Source: a virus
Taxonomy: Duplodnaviria; Caudoviricetes
Length of the DNA: 55,430 nucleotides
Reading direction: 5' to 3' (one strand)
Virus record (IMG/VR): IMGVR_UViG_3300038520_000575
Location: 1 to 55,430 of that record
Part shown: piece after piece, positions 37,216 to 45,800 of the stretch
Numbering within the stretch: position 1 is the stretch's first letter
Layout: every line of letters begins with the position of its first letter
Position numbers and translations under genes: made by a program
Notes under the pieces: model-generated
What the model was told of the DNA's origin: nothing
The model's database searches: none
Seen by the model: the letters and a program-made list of their open reading frames with translations, nothing else

Positions 37216-37660
37216 CGTTTTCTAATTGCCTCATCCTGTCTACCAAACGTCGTGCGCGGTTAGGTACTTGCGTATACCAACGCGAGTCGACCATCTCATC
37301 AGCCGCATCAGACCAGCTTCGAGCATCAACTCCTGCCTTCATACCCTTGAACTTAGATAGGCGTGGATAACCAAGATTGAACATCATGTTTGCTATGATT
37401 AACTGTGCTTCTTCTGGCAAGTCATCAAAATCTTTATAGAGCCTGTGACAATCTTCTATTGTTACGGTAATATCTAAATTAAATGCAGATTGCACACGGC
37501 TCTGTTCTATGACAGTTCCTACGTCCTTGCCGTATTCTGGGTCGTTCTTAGTAATTAGATGCCCTATTCCGAACGTGGGTAATCCCAGATGGTCAAGGTA
37601 TATTTCATACTTACAGCCCTCGTCTTCAGCCAGTTCTTCTCTCAGCTTATCTAAATTCAT
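37208..37660 (-). CDS. Endolysin, T4-type lysozyme (GH24)
   Basis: DEG...YLDHLGLPTFGIGH catalytic E/D/T, MMFNLG, and DSRWYTQVPNRA. Confidence 0.92.
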   Translation of the reverse strand: MNLDKLREELAEDEGCKYEIYLDHLGLPTFGIGHLITKNDPEYGKDVGTVIEQSRVQSAFNLDITVTIEDCHRLYKDFDDLPEEAQLIIANMMFNLGYPRLSKFKGMKAGVDARSWSDAADEMVDSRWYTQVPNRARRLVDRMRQLENDA

Positions 37661-37857
37661 TTCTTAGTCTCCGACCCTAACCACACTGCAAACGCCCCTG
37701 TCATTGCACCTGATACTACGCTTATCATCGCACTCTGCTGTGTACTCAAGTCTTCTAAGGACATCCCCCACTCTATAACTCTTATATACATCACTGTCAT
37801 AACAAGCATCATTAATCGTGGTACTATCTTGTATTTTAATATTGTTTCTGCCGCCAT
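37657..37857 (-). CDS. Small 2-TM protein (holin/antiholin-like)
   Basis: Two hydrophobic segments; lies between holin and lysozyme. Confidence 0.6.
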   Translation of the reverse strand: MAAETILKYKIVPRLMMLVMTVMYIRVIEWGMSLEDLSTQQSAMISVVSGAMTGAFAVWLGSETKK

Positions 37858-38246
37858 TATTTTCTCCCAAACAACTTTGTAGCAGAACGCACACCGAAAC
37901 TAGCGGCAACAATAACGCCAAGACTATACTGATACCATTGAGGCATTGATTCCAACTGAGCAAAACCATTTGATACTACCTCTTCCATTCCGGGGATGAA
38001 CGCCAGTATAAGCGGTATACTAAATAAAATTACCAACCACTCGTCCTTCCACGATGATTGGCTACCCTTCGCCATCTCCAAATCCCAATCAATTTCACCC
38101 GTAGCCTTCTTCTGCATGACCACAGCTTCAGCCTGTGCTTTGGCTACCTTAGTCGCTGATTGAGCTTTCTTCTCTTCTACCTTACCCTTTAGCCAAGTCC
38201 CTGCTAAATCCGCAACAGGCCCTACTATCATGTTTAACATTTCCAC
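37857..38246 (-). CDS. Holin (3TM/GTA holin-like)
   Basis: SSWKDEW...PQWYQ...ASFGVR motif, TM segments, lysis cassette. Confidence 0.7.
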   Translation of the reverse strand: MEMLNMIVGPVADLAGTWLKGKVEEKKAQSATKVAKAQAEAVVMQKKATGEIDWDLEMAKGSQSSWKDEWLVILFSIPLILAFIPGMEEVVSNGFAQLESMPQWYQYSLGVIVAASFGVRSATKLFGRK

Positions 38247-38518
38247 CTCTTACGAGCTTGACGTAGACGGCTGTTCGGGTCTTTAGCCGCCTTTGGAAAC
38301 TTCTTCATCTGTCCTGCAGACCTAGCACAGAAAGACTTACGACGCTTCGCATCCTTGCTTCCTGCTTTGACTTTACCTGTGACAGCAGTCTTGAGCTTAC
38401 TTCCGGGGTTCTTCCTACGATAAGCCCTGACACCCGCCTCAGTCATGCCTGCTCCCGCCTTTGTTGGTCGGAAGTTTTTCTTGTTTCGTTTTGGCATGTT
38501 GTCGCGTTTACGTGCCAT
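38234..38518 (-). CDS. Small basic phage protein
   Basis: NPGSKLK...RRKSFCARS...DPNSR...W.C motif common in marine phages. Confidence 0.7.
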   Translation of the reverse strand: MARKRDNMPKRNKKNFRPTKAGAGMTEAGVRAYRRKNPGSKLKTAVTGKVKAGSKDAKRRKSFCARSAGQMKKFPKAAKDPNSRLRQARKRWKC

Positions 38519-38670
38519 TACTTTTTCCTTGCTGTCTGTGCCGCACGTTTAAAATTAGCTGTTGTAGGTGCGCCCTTACTACCTGCCTTACGCATTTTCT
38601 CTCCACTGCCTGCTTTGATACGTCTGCGTTTAGCCGCGATGTTCGCGTATAGACCTTTACGTTGACCCAT
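38518..38670 (-). CDS. Small basic protein, 50 aa (not in ORF track)
   Basis: MGQRKGLYANIAAKRRRIKAGSGEKMRKAGSKGAPTTANFKRAAQTARKK; AAGGA SD; TAATG coupling. Confidence 0.75.
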   Translation of the reverse strand: MGQRKGLYANIAAKRRRIKAGSGEKMRKAGSKGAPTTANFKRAAQTARKK

Positions 38671-38690
38671 GATTATATCCTTATAGTAAG

Positions 38691-38714
38691 AGGGGGCAAG
38701 TTGCCCTGCCCCCT
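38691..38714 (-). terminator. Hairpin after the capsid genes (terminator/attenuator)
   Basis: AGGGGGCAGG-GCAA-CTTGCCCCCT stem with a GNRA loop; weak U-tract. Confidence 0.65.
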
Positions 38715-38722
38715 AAAGTTTA

Positions 38723-39142
38723 TTATGCAGAAAACGAAGTTGCAGTTCCTGCAGTACCCAGCTCCGCGATGACAGCATACACACGAACTTTACCATCAAA
38801 AGTTGCACTATTAGCAATTAAGTCAATAGTATCAGCAACTCTATAAAGTTTGCCTGCGCTTGTTGTGCCTGTCACTAGTGCAGTGTGACCTTGAACAGCA
38901 CTAGCAAAAATGTCATCATCAGAATCATCACCTAAGTCAAGAGTAGGTGAGCCTGAACCTGCTAGGGTTAATACTTCCACACCTGCCATAAGAACAAGTG
39001 TGTTAGCCTTCATCTTAAACACTTCTGCTGAGTCAGAAGTGGTTAAATTTGAGCTTGAAAAGTCAAGAACTACCTCAAGTATCTGAGGCTTGATGCCAAG
39101 AGGGACACCAGCAACAGCAGTAGAAATTTTATAATCAGCCAT
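38723..39142 (-). CDS. Putative minor capsid / decoration protein
   Basis: Immediately after the capsid gene and before the terminator; beta-rich. Confidence 0.6.
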   Translation of the reverse strand: MADYKISTAVAGVPLGIKPQILEVVLDFSSSNLTTSDSAEVFKMKANTLVLMAGVEVLTLAGSGSPTLDLGDDSDDDIFASAVQGHTALVTGTTSAGKLYRVADTIDLIANSATFDGKVRVYAVIAELGTAGTATSFSA

Positions 39143-39157
39143 TTATAAGTCTCCCTA

Positions 39158-40096
39158 TTAGTCAGTCTTAACAACACCAACAGCTAGTGCTTCAGGGCGT
39201 AGGACTTTACGTCCGAACACATGAAGACCGCGTATGATGTCGCTAAAAGTTTCAGTTGAACGCACCACTTCGGTCTTAGCGATGTGAGATGCGGTTGAGG
39301 TTGAGGACATATGTCCACCAAGAACTACGAAGTCGTTAGTAGTATCTTGAGCAGTTATAGTCACAACATCAGTGCCAGAGTTATTAAGTACAGTAGACTT
39401 ATAACAGTTGAACCCAGCAATGTTGCCCTGCATTACAAGACCATTGCGGAGTGGTGAAGTTGCATCGCCAGTTACCTGAACTTCAGCAAACTTCGCACCA
39501 GCTTTGAACATGTTCTCATAGAACACTGGTGGTGCTACAAACCAACGATTTTCCTCTGGTACAGAGTTATCGTCCATTAGACGAGCCATAGACAACAATA
39601 AATTGACTGCGTTATCTTCGTTGTTTGACCCTACGATAGCTACAGGCGAACCCGCAGTACCAATAGTTGTACTAGTAATACCAGCACCATCAGCCATAGC
39701 TTGAAGAATATTCGCATCGTACTTACGCTTCAAGGAGAAAGCACCTGATGAGGTTGCTAACGCTTCAAAGTTTACGTGCGAGTGACGCTCTTCAATGTCG
39801 TCAATCTTGAACGCAAAAGCATTCGCTTGGTCGACAACCATAGTTGTTTGGTCGTCAGCCAAATCTTGTGGGTTAATCACTGCACCACGCGAATAGCTTG
39901 CCACAGTAATTGTTGGTTCTTTAATAATGCGAACCGTATCGCCAAAGTTTTCAATTTCGCCAGCGTAGTCGGTATTAGTAATATCTTCTGCAACCGAAGC
40001 ACGACGGAAGAACTTGAGAACTTTCTGGCTAAAAATTTCAGGAGTAAAGTTGCCTCTCGGCAAGTTATTATGTCCTGATGCGCTTTGAAAAGCCAT
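39158..40096 (-). CDS. Major capsid protein
   Basis: FTPEIFS...TNTDYAGEI..GDTVRI, and DIIRGLHVFGRKVLRPEAL C-terminus; follows the scaffold gene. Confidence 0.9.
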   Translation of the reverse strand: MAFQSASGHNNLPRGNFTPEIFSQKVLKFFRRASVAEDITNTDYAGEIENFGDTVRIIKEPTITVASYSRGAVINPQDLADDQTTMVVDQANAFAFKIDDIEERHSHVNFEALATSSGAFSLKRKYDANILQAMADGAGITSTTIGTAGSPVAIVGSNNEDNAVNLLLSMARLMDDNSVPEENRWFVAPPVFYENMFKAGAKFAEVQVTGDATSPLRNGLVMQGNIAGFNCYKSTVLNNSGTDVVTITAQDTTNDFVVLGGHMSSTSTASHIAKTEVVRSTETFSDIIRGLHVFGRKVLRPEALAVGVVKTD

Positions 40097-40119
40097 AGTT
40101 CATACCTTCCTTTTTGAGG

Positions 40120-41028
40120 TTATGAGTTGAAGTTTATTCGCCCTTCAAGCCTTGCGGAGTCTATTTCAGCCTCTAGCTTCTCATACTCCCAAGGTTTCAT
40201 CTTGCGAATTTCCGAAGCACTGAAGACGCGTTTCCCTGCATCAGGGTTCGTTTGTACTTCTCTAGCAGGAGTTTTTGTTACGGCATCTGCCGCACTTTCC
40301 TGCCGCTTCTTTTTAGTTTTAACAAGACCAGTGTCAGCCTTGTAAAGGTCTACTACACGAGCCGCCCACTTTGCGTCAGTATTGTTCTTATAAATACCTT
40401 CTGCGATAGTTGTAGGTTGCTCTTCGAGCCATCCTAGAAACTCCTTGTTGGATTTAAGCTCGTCAAAGTCAGGGTGTAGTCTTAGCAGTTCCTCGTAGGC
40501 TTTCTGCTTTTCCAACTCCTTTTCCCGTTCTTTGATAGTGCCTATCTCCTCACGAAGTTTGGACACCTGTGATTCCGTCTGCATAGACGCAACCGTTTGC
40601 ACTACGTCAAACACGTCGGGGTAACGTTCCTTAAACTCATTAAGTTCTTCTTGAGTTCTTGGCGGGGTTACTCCCCTTGGCATCTCGACAGCACGTTCCT
40701 GCATCGCTTTACGAAGAGACGCAAGCTCTTCTTTATGCTCCGACAGTTTCGTGTCATAATGCTTTTTAAGGTCGTCATACCGTTTTTTATAGTCGTGTTC
40801 AGGCTCTGTAGGCTCTGACTTAGTGACAAAGCTATTTGCATCCTGAGTAGCTGCAGTTGTTGCAGGGTCAGGTTGAGTATCTTCTGCGGAAGCTTCAACA
40901 TTTTCTGTATCTTCTTCATCGTCTTTGTATACCTCTTCTTTGTACTTTCCACGATATAAGTTTGGGTTGTTTACAACTCCGAAAGAGTCGTTGGATTTGT
41001 TGGCTCTGTAGCCTTTTGCTTTTGCCAT
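40120..41028 (-). CDS. Capsid scaffolding protein
   Basis: Acidic N-part, YKKRYDDLK coiled coil, HPDF, C-terminal EIDSARLEGRI; upstream of the capsid gene. Confidence 0.8.
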   Translation of the reverse strand: MAKAKGYRANKSNDSFGVVNNPNLYRGKYKEEVYKDDEEDTENVEASAEDTQPDPATTAATQDANSFVTKSEPTEPEHDYKKRYDDLKKHYDTKLSEHKEELASLRKAMQERAVEMPRGVTPPRTQEELNEFKERYPDVFDVVQTVASMQTESQVSKLREEIGTIKEREKELEKQKAYEELLRLHPDFDELKSNKEFLGWLEEQPTTIAEGIYKNNTDAKWAARVVDLYKADTGLVKTKKKRQESAADAVTKTPAREVQTNPDAGKRVFSASEIRKMKPWEYEKLEAEIDSARLEGRINFNS

Positions 41029-41045
41029 TTTATTTACCTCATCAT

Positions 41046-41110
41046 GCGGGGCTACTTGGCTTGTAGGTAGCCGCTTCGGTTATGTCAGGGCCGTATTACG
41101 GGTAGCTGAC
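41046..41110 (-). promoter_or_regulatory. Twin-hairpin cis-regulatory RNA upstream of the scaffold gene
   Basis: GUCAG-CUAC-CCGU-AAU-ACGG-CC-CUGAC and GCGG-CUAC-CUAC-AAGCCAA-GUAG-CC-CCGC: different stems, same internal loop. Confidence 0.7.
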
Positions 41111-41114
41111 TAAT

Positions 41115-43400
41115 TCATCGTGTTAGAAACGATTCATTTCCCTGCAGAGTTGCATCTGCAACAGCAGTAGGAGTAAGTATCCCTGCCGCCATTTCTAAAA
41201 TAGCAATGGGGGGTGTCGCCTTGGTAGCTATTTTAGTCATGGCTCTTCCTGCTAACTTAAATGCAGTTTTAGGGTCATTTTTAAATGTTTCTATAAAATT
41301 TATTTTAGATTTGTCATCGGAGAATACCTGTTCCTGAAGAAAAATTGCTATGTCGTTTATAGAACGTCCTTTACCACTTTTAATTTCTTCTTTTAAACTG
41401 TCGGCAAAATCCATATTTTTTTTCAATTCAGATTTTGGCATTCTTGCAAAATAGTCCGTGTTTTGTTTAGCGTGTGTTCTCCACGCTTCCTTAACACCCT
41501 CAAACAACTCATCTATAGTTACTTTTCTGCTTTTGATTACCCTATTACCCTTTTCTATAAATGGAGTGTTAGCGTAACTTCTTGCTCTGTTTATGTCAGG
41601 AGTATGAAACTTTCCCACATCCTCTTTTCCGTAACCATAATCAACTGTGAAACTTACCTCATCAGGGTCTAAAGGTTCTCCTCTGTAAACATTTATAAGT
41701 TTACCTTTTGCCGCCCCCTGAACCTGTTGACCATTCTCTTCTATCTTGCGCTCAGTATCCTTAACACCACGATTGTTTATCTTCTCTAGTCTGTCCTTGC
41801 CTATTATGTTTACAAGATATGGGGCTACAACAACTTCCCCGCGAGACACTGCAACGTCAATCATCGAACTTGCCTTAGGATTGTCAGCAGTTATACCTCG
41901 ACGAACAGCTTCCTCTTGAGCTTGGCGCAACATATTTATAATATCTGTTTCTCCTGCAAATGTAACCGCAGAAGCATTAATAACAAACGCACCCTCTGGT
42001 AACTTTCCTTCCTTGTCATCTGCTACCTCTTGAGCATCCGTAGCCTGACTAGGTGGCACACCATCTACAAAACCAGAAGCTGAGTCTGCCATTCTTACCC
42101 CGCCACCGGGGGCTAATCGTTGTACAAAACCGCCTGTGTTAAACGCTATATCGTCTGTGATATCATCGTCCTCTGCACTTATACCTCGTTCATAATCTAC
42201 TGCACGTTGGGCAAACTTTTCTGCTTCTCTCTTGTCTAAACCCGCGTCCCTTGCTCTTTGTCTTGTTTGTGACATTGTGGCTATCTGCCGTTTAGCGATA
42301 TTCTGTTTTTCCTTCTCTGTTAAATCCCTCTGTTGAACATCAACAGTGGTTCTTACAGGAGTTACTAAATCTCGTATCATATCTCCGAAGTTGCCCCTGC
42401 CACTCCTTGCTATCGACAGAACCTCTAGTATCTTTGTATCGGACAATCCTGTGGTCGCTGACAACTTAGCTATATGAGACATCATACCAACTTTGGAATA
42501 CCCAAATCTAGGACTGTAGAATGTTCCGTTTGCCTTATAAAACCCATCAAGAGGATTGTCTGATATTCTGATTCCACCACTACCATCTATTGTTTGATTT
42601 ATAGGTTGACCTCTCAGAAAAAATCCATCCTGCCCGTCTTTACTCCTATCAAATCTAAACGTTTCAGGAAGAAATCCTTTTTGAACTGCCTCTAAATTTT
42701 TTAATTGTTTGAAGGAGATACCCTGTCTATTACCTGTGTAAAAATTTTCTCCCGGACCTCGCACTATATTTAAGTTATTAAAGGTCATAACAAATCCTGC
42801 GTCTGCATCTCCTCTAGACATCGCGGCTCGTACGGCATCTATCTTATCAGCCTGCACTTTTCTTGCCTCGTTAGCGAGAAGATTAGTTCCCTCTCCTCCT
42901 GTAAGTGCAGATACGCCAATCCCTAATAACGGGTTCATAGCTGAAGCTATAGTTTTGATAGCATAAGGAGCCGCCCCCTCTAAAGTTTGCACTATTCCGT
43001 TGTCTGTAGCATTTCTAAATAAATCTTTAAAATCGTCAAATAGTTCAGTTCTGTCCTCTACTATGGTAGGGCGTTTGAGATTATCAAAACTATTCATAGC
43101 CTCTTCCCCAAAAGTAAAGTTAACTATGTTTTCAGGACGAAAAGCACTGGCTAGAATAGAAGTGTCATCATCACCACCACCCCCACCACCTTGTTCTTCA
43201 TACGATATAGGAACTCCTGCTATCTCAGGAGTGTCTACATCTATACCTGTCTGTTCTTCTAGACTAGCAGAACCACCTATGTGTTGGCTAAAATAATCAA
43301 CAAATGAATTTTTGTACTGGTCTGCTGTTATAGGTGTAGTCCCTGTGTACCTAAACGAGGTAGGCGGTGATATTTCCCCTATGTTGATTCTATTTACCAT
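41115..43400 (-). CDS. Multidomain head-module protein (xxGG-associated domain, ART-like C-terminal domain)
   Basis: Between portal and scaffold; FNTGG/LAPGG, ADD..LPEGAFVI and AVSRGEVVV motifs; VYRG...GKFHTPD..RARSYA. Confidence 0.55.
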   Translation of the reverse strand: MVNRINIGEISPPTSFRYTGTTPITADQYKNSFVDYFSQHIGGSASLEEQTGIDVDTPEIAGVPISYEEQGGGGGGDDDTSILASAFRPENIVNFTFGEEAMNSFDNLKRPTIVEDRTELFDDFKDLFRNATDNGIVQTLEGAAPYAIKTIASAMNPLLGIGVSALTGGEGTNLLANEARKVQADKIDAVRAAMSRGDADAGFVMTFNNLNIVRGPGENFYTGNRQGISFKQLKNLEAVQKGFLPETFRFDRSKDGQDGFFLRGQPINQTIDGSGGIRISDNPLDGFYKANGTFYSPRFGYSKVGMMSHIAKLSATTGLSDTKILEVLSIARSGRGNFGDMIRDLVTPVRTTVDVQQRDLTEKEKQNIAKRQIATMSQTRQRARDAGLDKREAEKFAQRAVDYERGISAEDDDITDDIAFNTGGFVQRLAPGGGVRMADSASGFVDGVPPSQATDAQEVADDKEGKLPEGAFVINASAVTFAGETDIINMLRQAQEEAVRRGITADNPKASSMIDVAVSRGEVVVAPYLVNIIGKDRLEKINNRGVKDTERKIEENGQQVQGAAKGKLINVYRGEPLDPDEVSFTVDYGYGKEDVGKFHTPDINRARSYANTPFIEKGNRVIKSRKVTIDELFEGVKEAWRTHAKQNTDYFARMPKSELKKNMDFADSLKEEIKSGKGRSINDIAIFLQEQVFSDDKSKINFIETFKNDPKTAFKLAGRAMTKIATKATPPIAILEMAAGILTPTAVADATLQGNESFLTR

Positions 43401-43654
43401 TACTCATAAACGAACGTGTCGTTTTCCCTTTCAATTTGACTACGAACTACAGCCTCGTGACTACTCTTGAGCTTCAGGAGCATTTCCAGTAAAGCCAGCT
43501 TCCCCTGCGCTCGGAGCAGTTCCGACTCCGATTGTGCCGTTACCACGCCCTGAATCGTCAGTTCGCGGAGGTCCATCAGGTACTCCCTCAGGGCTTCCCA
43601 CTCCTTGCCCTGCACCAGCGGGGCTATCTTCTGCGCTTGCTTCTTGTTGAGCAT
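43400..43654 (-). CDS. Conserved small protein downstream of portal
   Basis: W..LREYL...ELLRAQGK...LL.LK pattern; TAATG-coupled to the next gene; overlaps the portal 3' end. Confidence 0.65.
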   Translation of the reverse strand: MLNKKQAQKIAPLVQGKEWEALREYLMDLRELTIQGVVTAQSESELLRAQGKLALLEMLLKLKSSHEAVVRSQIERENDTFVYE

Positions 43655-45572
43655 TTGCCATCATTCCTTGTAACATCTTAGCATACAGTTGTGCTTCGTT
43701 AGCATCATTAACTAAACTATCAGGGTCTATATCCTGAGAGATAGCAAGTTCTCGCATTAAATTAGGTATTTTGATAAAGGGCGCAAGCATCGGGTTGGCG
43801 ACAGTCTGCAGGAGGGTTGTAAGCCTCTGACTCCGCACTTCCTTCTGCATTACAGCAGCAACACCCCTCGGTTTTATCTCCAAGTCCCCCACAATATCCG
43901 GGGCATCGTCGTTGAATTGCATGTTCCATTGAAAATAAGCCTCTCCTAGCGGTTTTAGTAACATATCATCTATATTTTTTATCACAGTCTTCATCGATAA
44001 TCCCGCAGAACCCATCAACATTGATAGCCCTGCCGCAGTGCGTCCTGTGCCTGTAACGCCTGTCTGTCCATGTACGATGGACGGTATACCTGTTTCCTCA
44101 TCTGCCAGTTGTCTACTAATCTGATACATCTGCAAGTTCTCGCCTGCAGTGTTCGGAAACTTCAAACCGTTGATAGCCGTACCAGTAACACCTGACTGTC
44201 TTCGGAAAATTTTTCCGGGGAAGATGTCCATGTTCTGACCGGGGACAAGGCTTGCTTCGTCTACGTCGAACACCAAGTTACCCGCAAGAGCTAGATTATC
44301 GATAGCCATACGAACGTGACCGTTCATCAGCTTCTGTGCGTCTTCCATGTTCTCTGCAACACCAACGCCCCATAACTGATACGGATTTACCTCGTATGGA
44401 AACACATGATATGGAATACGTGCAGGAGTAAATGGATTCAGGACACAACGCAAAATCATATTACCACAAACCCAGATGTTAACCTGTAGCTCGTCGAACT
44501 CTGACATTGTATCTGCTTCTTTGAACCCTGCTTCCTTGGCTAGATAGTAGTCCAAGACTCCCCAGTATTCTAAAACCTCATACCTATTCTCAGAAGCGTA
44601 CGCCTCTGTTTCGTCCTCACGGATAGCATCCTCATAATACTTATCCTCGTAGTTAGGACCTTTAGCTAGTGTTTCTTCAATCGCTTCTGCCCTGAAGTAA
44701 GGTCGCTTTATCAGCGCACGTAGCTGTTGTCTGTTAAACCTGTGACGTTCTATGACGTATTCACAGTCATCGATGCTTGTAGCAGATGGGTCAGGATGAA
44801 AGTCCCACGCAGATACCATCTCTATACGTGGTACAGTCTTCTCATACGGCATGTACTGCCGTTGTCCATCTTCTCCACGTCCCCACTTGTGGACGCGCTT
44901 GTAAAAGTTAAGTGGCCCTTTGATGACACCAGTGCCAAGAAGAGCCGATTCAAATATAGTTTTACGAAAAACGTTTACTGCGTTAGTATCAAGAAGCTGG
45001 TCGTGGATAGTCTTCTCCATCGCCAACGCTGTCTTCTGTGCTGGACTAAGCTGTGGTTCGCCCATCTTTGCAGGGCCTTCAGCTAGTGGTAAACCAGCAT
45101 ACTCTTCCTTCAATCCACCTAGAAAATCTGCTTGCAATGCTCCGGGCTGAAGTTGTCGCCCATCTCCGACAAAACCAAAAGGGTCTTGAGGAGCTGTTTG
45201 GTCTAGGGGAGTTTCCATGTGAGCAAACTCTGCTATACCCTCAGGCACAGGAGTTGCTTGCACCACCAGTGGGAACTTCTTGTTTGCAAACAGGATGTCT
45301 GTTATTTGTCCGTACGCGGCAAGAACTTTAGTCTTGGTTATCCTGACAAACACCTTTGATTTTTCCGACTCTCTATATTGTGTGGTAGAGTCGTAGATAC
45401 CACGGAAGTTTTTGTATGACTGCAACCATCGTTGCTCATACGCGTACCGTCCTGTTTCAGCCTCTTTGTATTTAGCCTGAACATACCCCGCAAGTCCGGG
45501 AAACTGCTCTTCAGGATTTATAAGAGAGACAGTGGTATCGTCTTCAGGTTGAAGGAAGTTATCTTCTGACAT
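43461..45572 (-). CDS. Portal protein
   Basis: 703 aa; ITKTKVLAA, LLGTGVIKGP, WDFHPDP, WGVGVAE and TAAGLSML motifs; packaging module. Confidence 0.88.
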   Translation of the reverse strand: MSEDNFLQPEDDTTVSLINPEEQFPGLAGYVQAKYKEAETGRYAYEQRWLQSYKNFRGIYDSTTQYRESEKSKVFVRITKTKVLAAYGQITDILFANKKFPLVVQATPVPEGIAEFAHMETPLDQTAPQDPFGFVGDGRQLQPGALQADFLGGLKEEYAGLPLAEGPAKMGEPQLSPAQKTALAMEKTIHDQLLDTNAVNVFRKTIFESALLGTGVIKGPLNFYKRVHKWGRGEDGQRQYMPYEKTVPRIEMVSAWDFHPDPSATSIDDCEYVIERHRFNRQQLRALIKRPYFRAEAIEETLAKGPNYEDKYYEDAIREDETEAYASENRYEVLEYWGVLDYYLAKEAGFKEADTMSEFDELQVNIWVCGNMILRCVLNPFTPARIPYHVFPYEVNPYQLWGVGVAENMEDAQKLMNGHVRMAIDNLALAGNLVFDVDEASLVPGQNMDIFPGKIFRRQSGVTGTAINGLKFPNTAGENLQMYQISRQLADEETGIPSIVHGQTGVTGTGRTAAGLSMLMGSAGLSMKTVIKNIDDMLLKPLGEAYFQWNMQFNDDAPDIVGDLEIKPRGVAAVMQKEVRSQRLTTLLQTVANPMLAPFIKIPNLMRELAISQDIDPDSLVNDANEAQLYAKMLQGMMANAQQEASAEDSPAGAGQGVGSPEGVPDGPPRTDDSGRGNGTIGVGTAPSAGEAGFTGNAPEAQE

Positions 45573-45790
45573 TAGTAATCGCGTTCTTCAGCCATGTTCA
45601 TAACGGATGGGTCTACGGTAGTCTTGGTTTGTTGCTTCGGCATGTCCTCAGTAAGAACACCAGTCTGTGCGCGAGTATCAAACTCTAAACCCTGACGGGT
45701 TAGTTGAGTTTCACCCATGTTCGCATCAACTGAAGTCTTGTCTGCACCCATGATGTAAGAAGCACCGTAGTTATAATTATTTCCCGGCAT
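45572..45790 (-). CDS. Small hypothetical protein (72 aa)
   Basis: AAGGAG SD before ATG 45790; TAATG-coupled to the portal gene. Confidence 0.7.
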   Translation of the reverse strand: MPGNNYNYGASYIMGADKTSVDANMGETQLTRQGLEFDTRAQTGVLTEDMPKQQTKTTVDPSVMNMAEERDY

Positions 45791-45800
45791 GTTATTCTCC

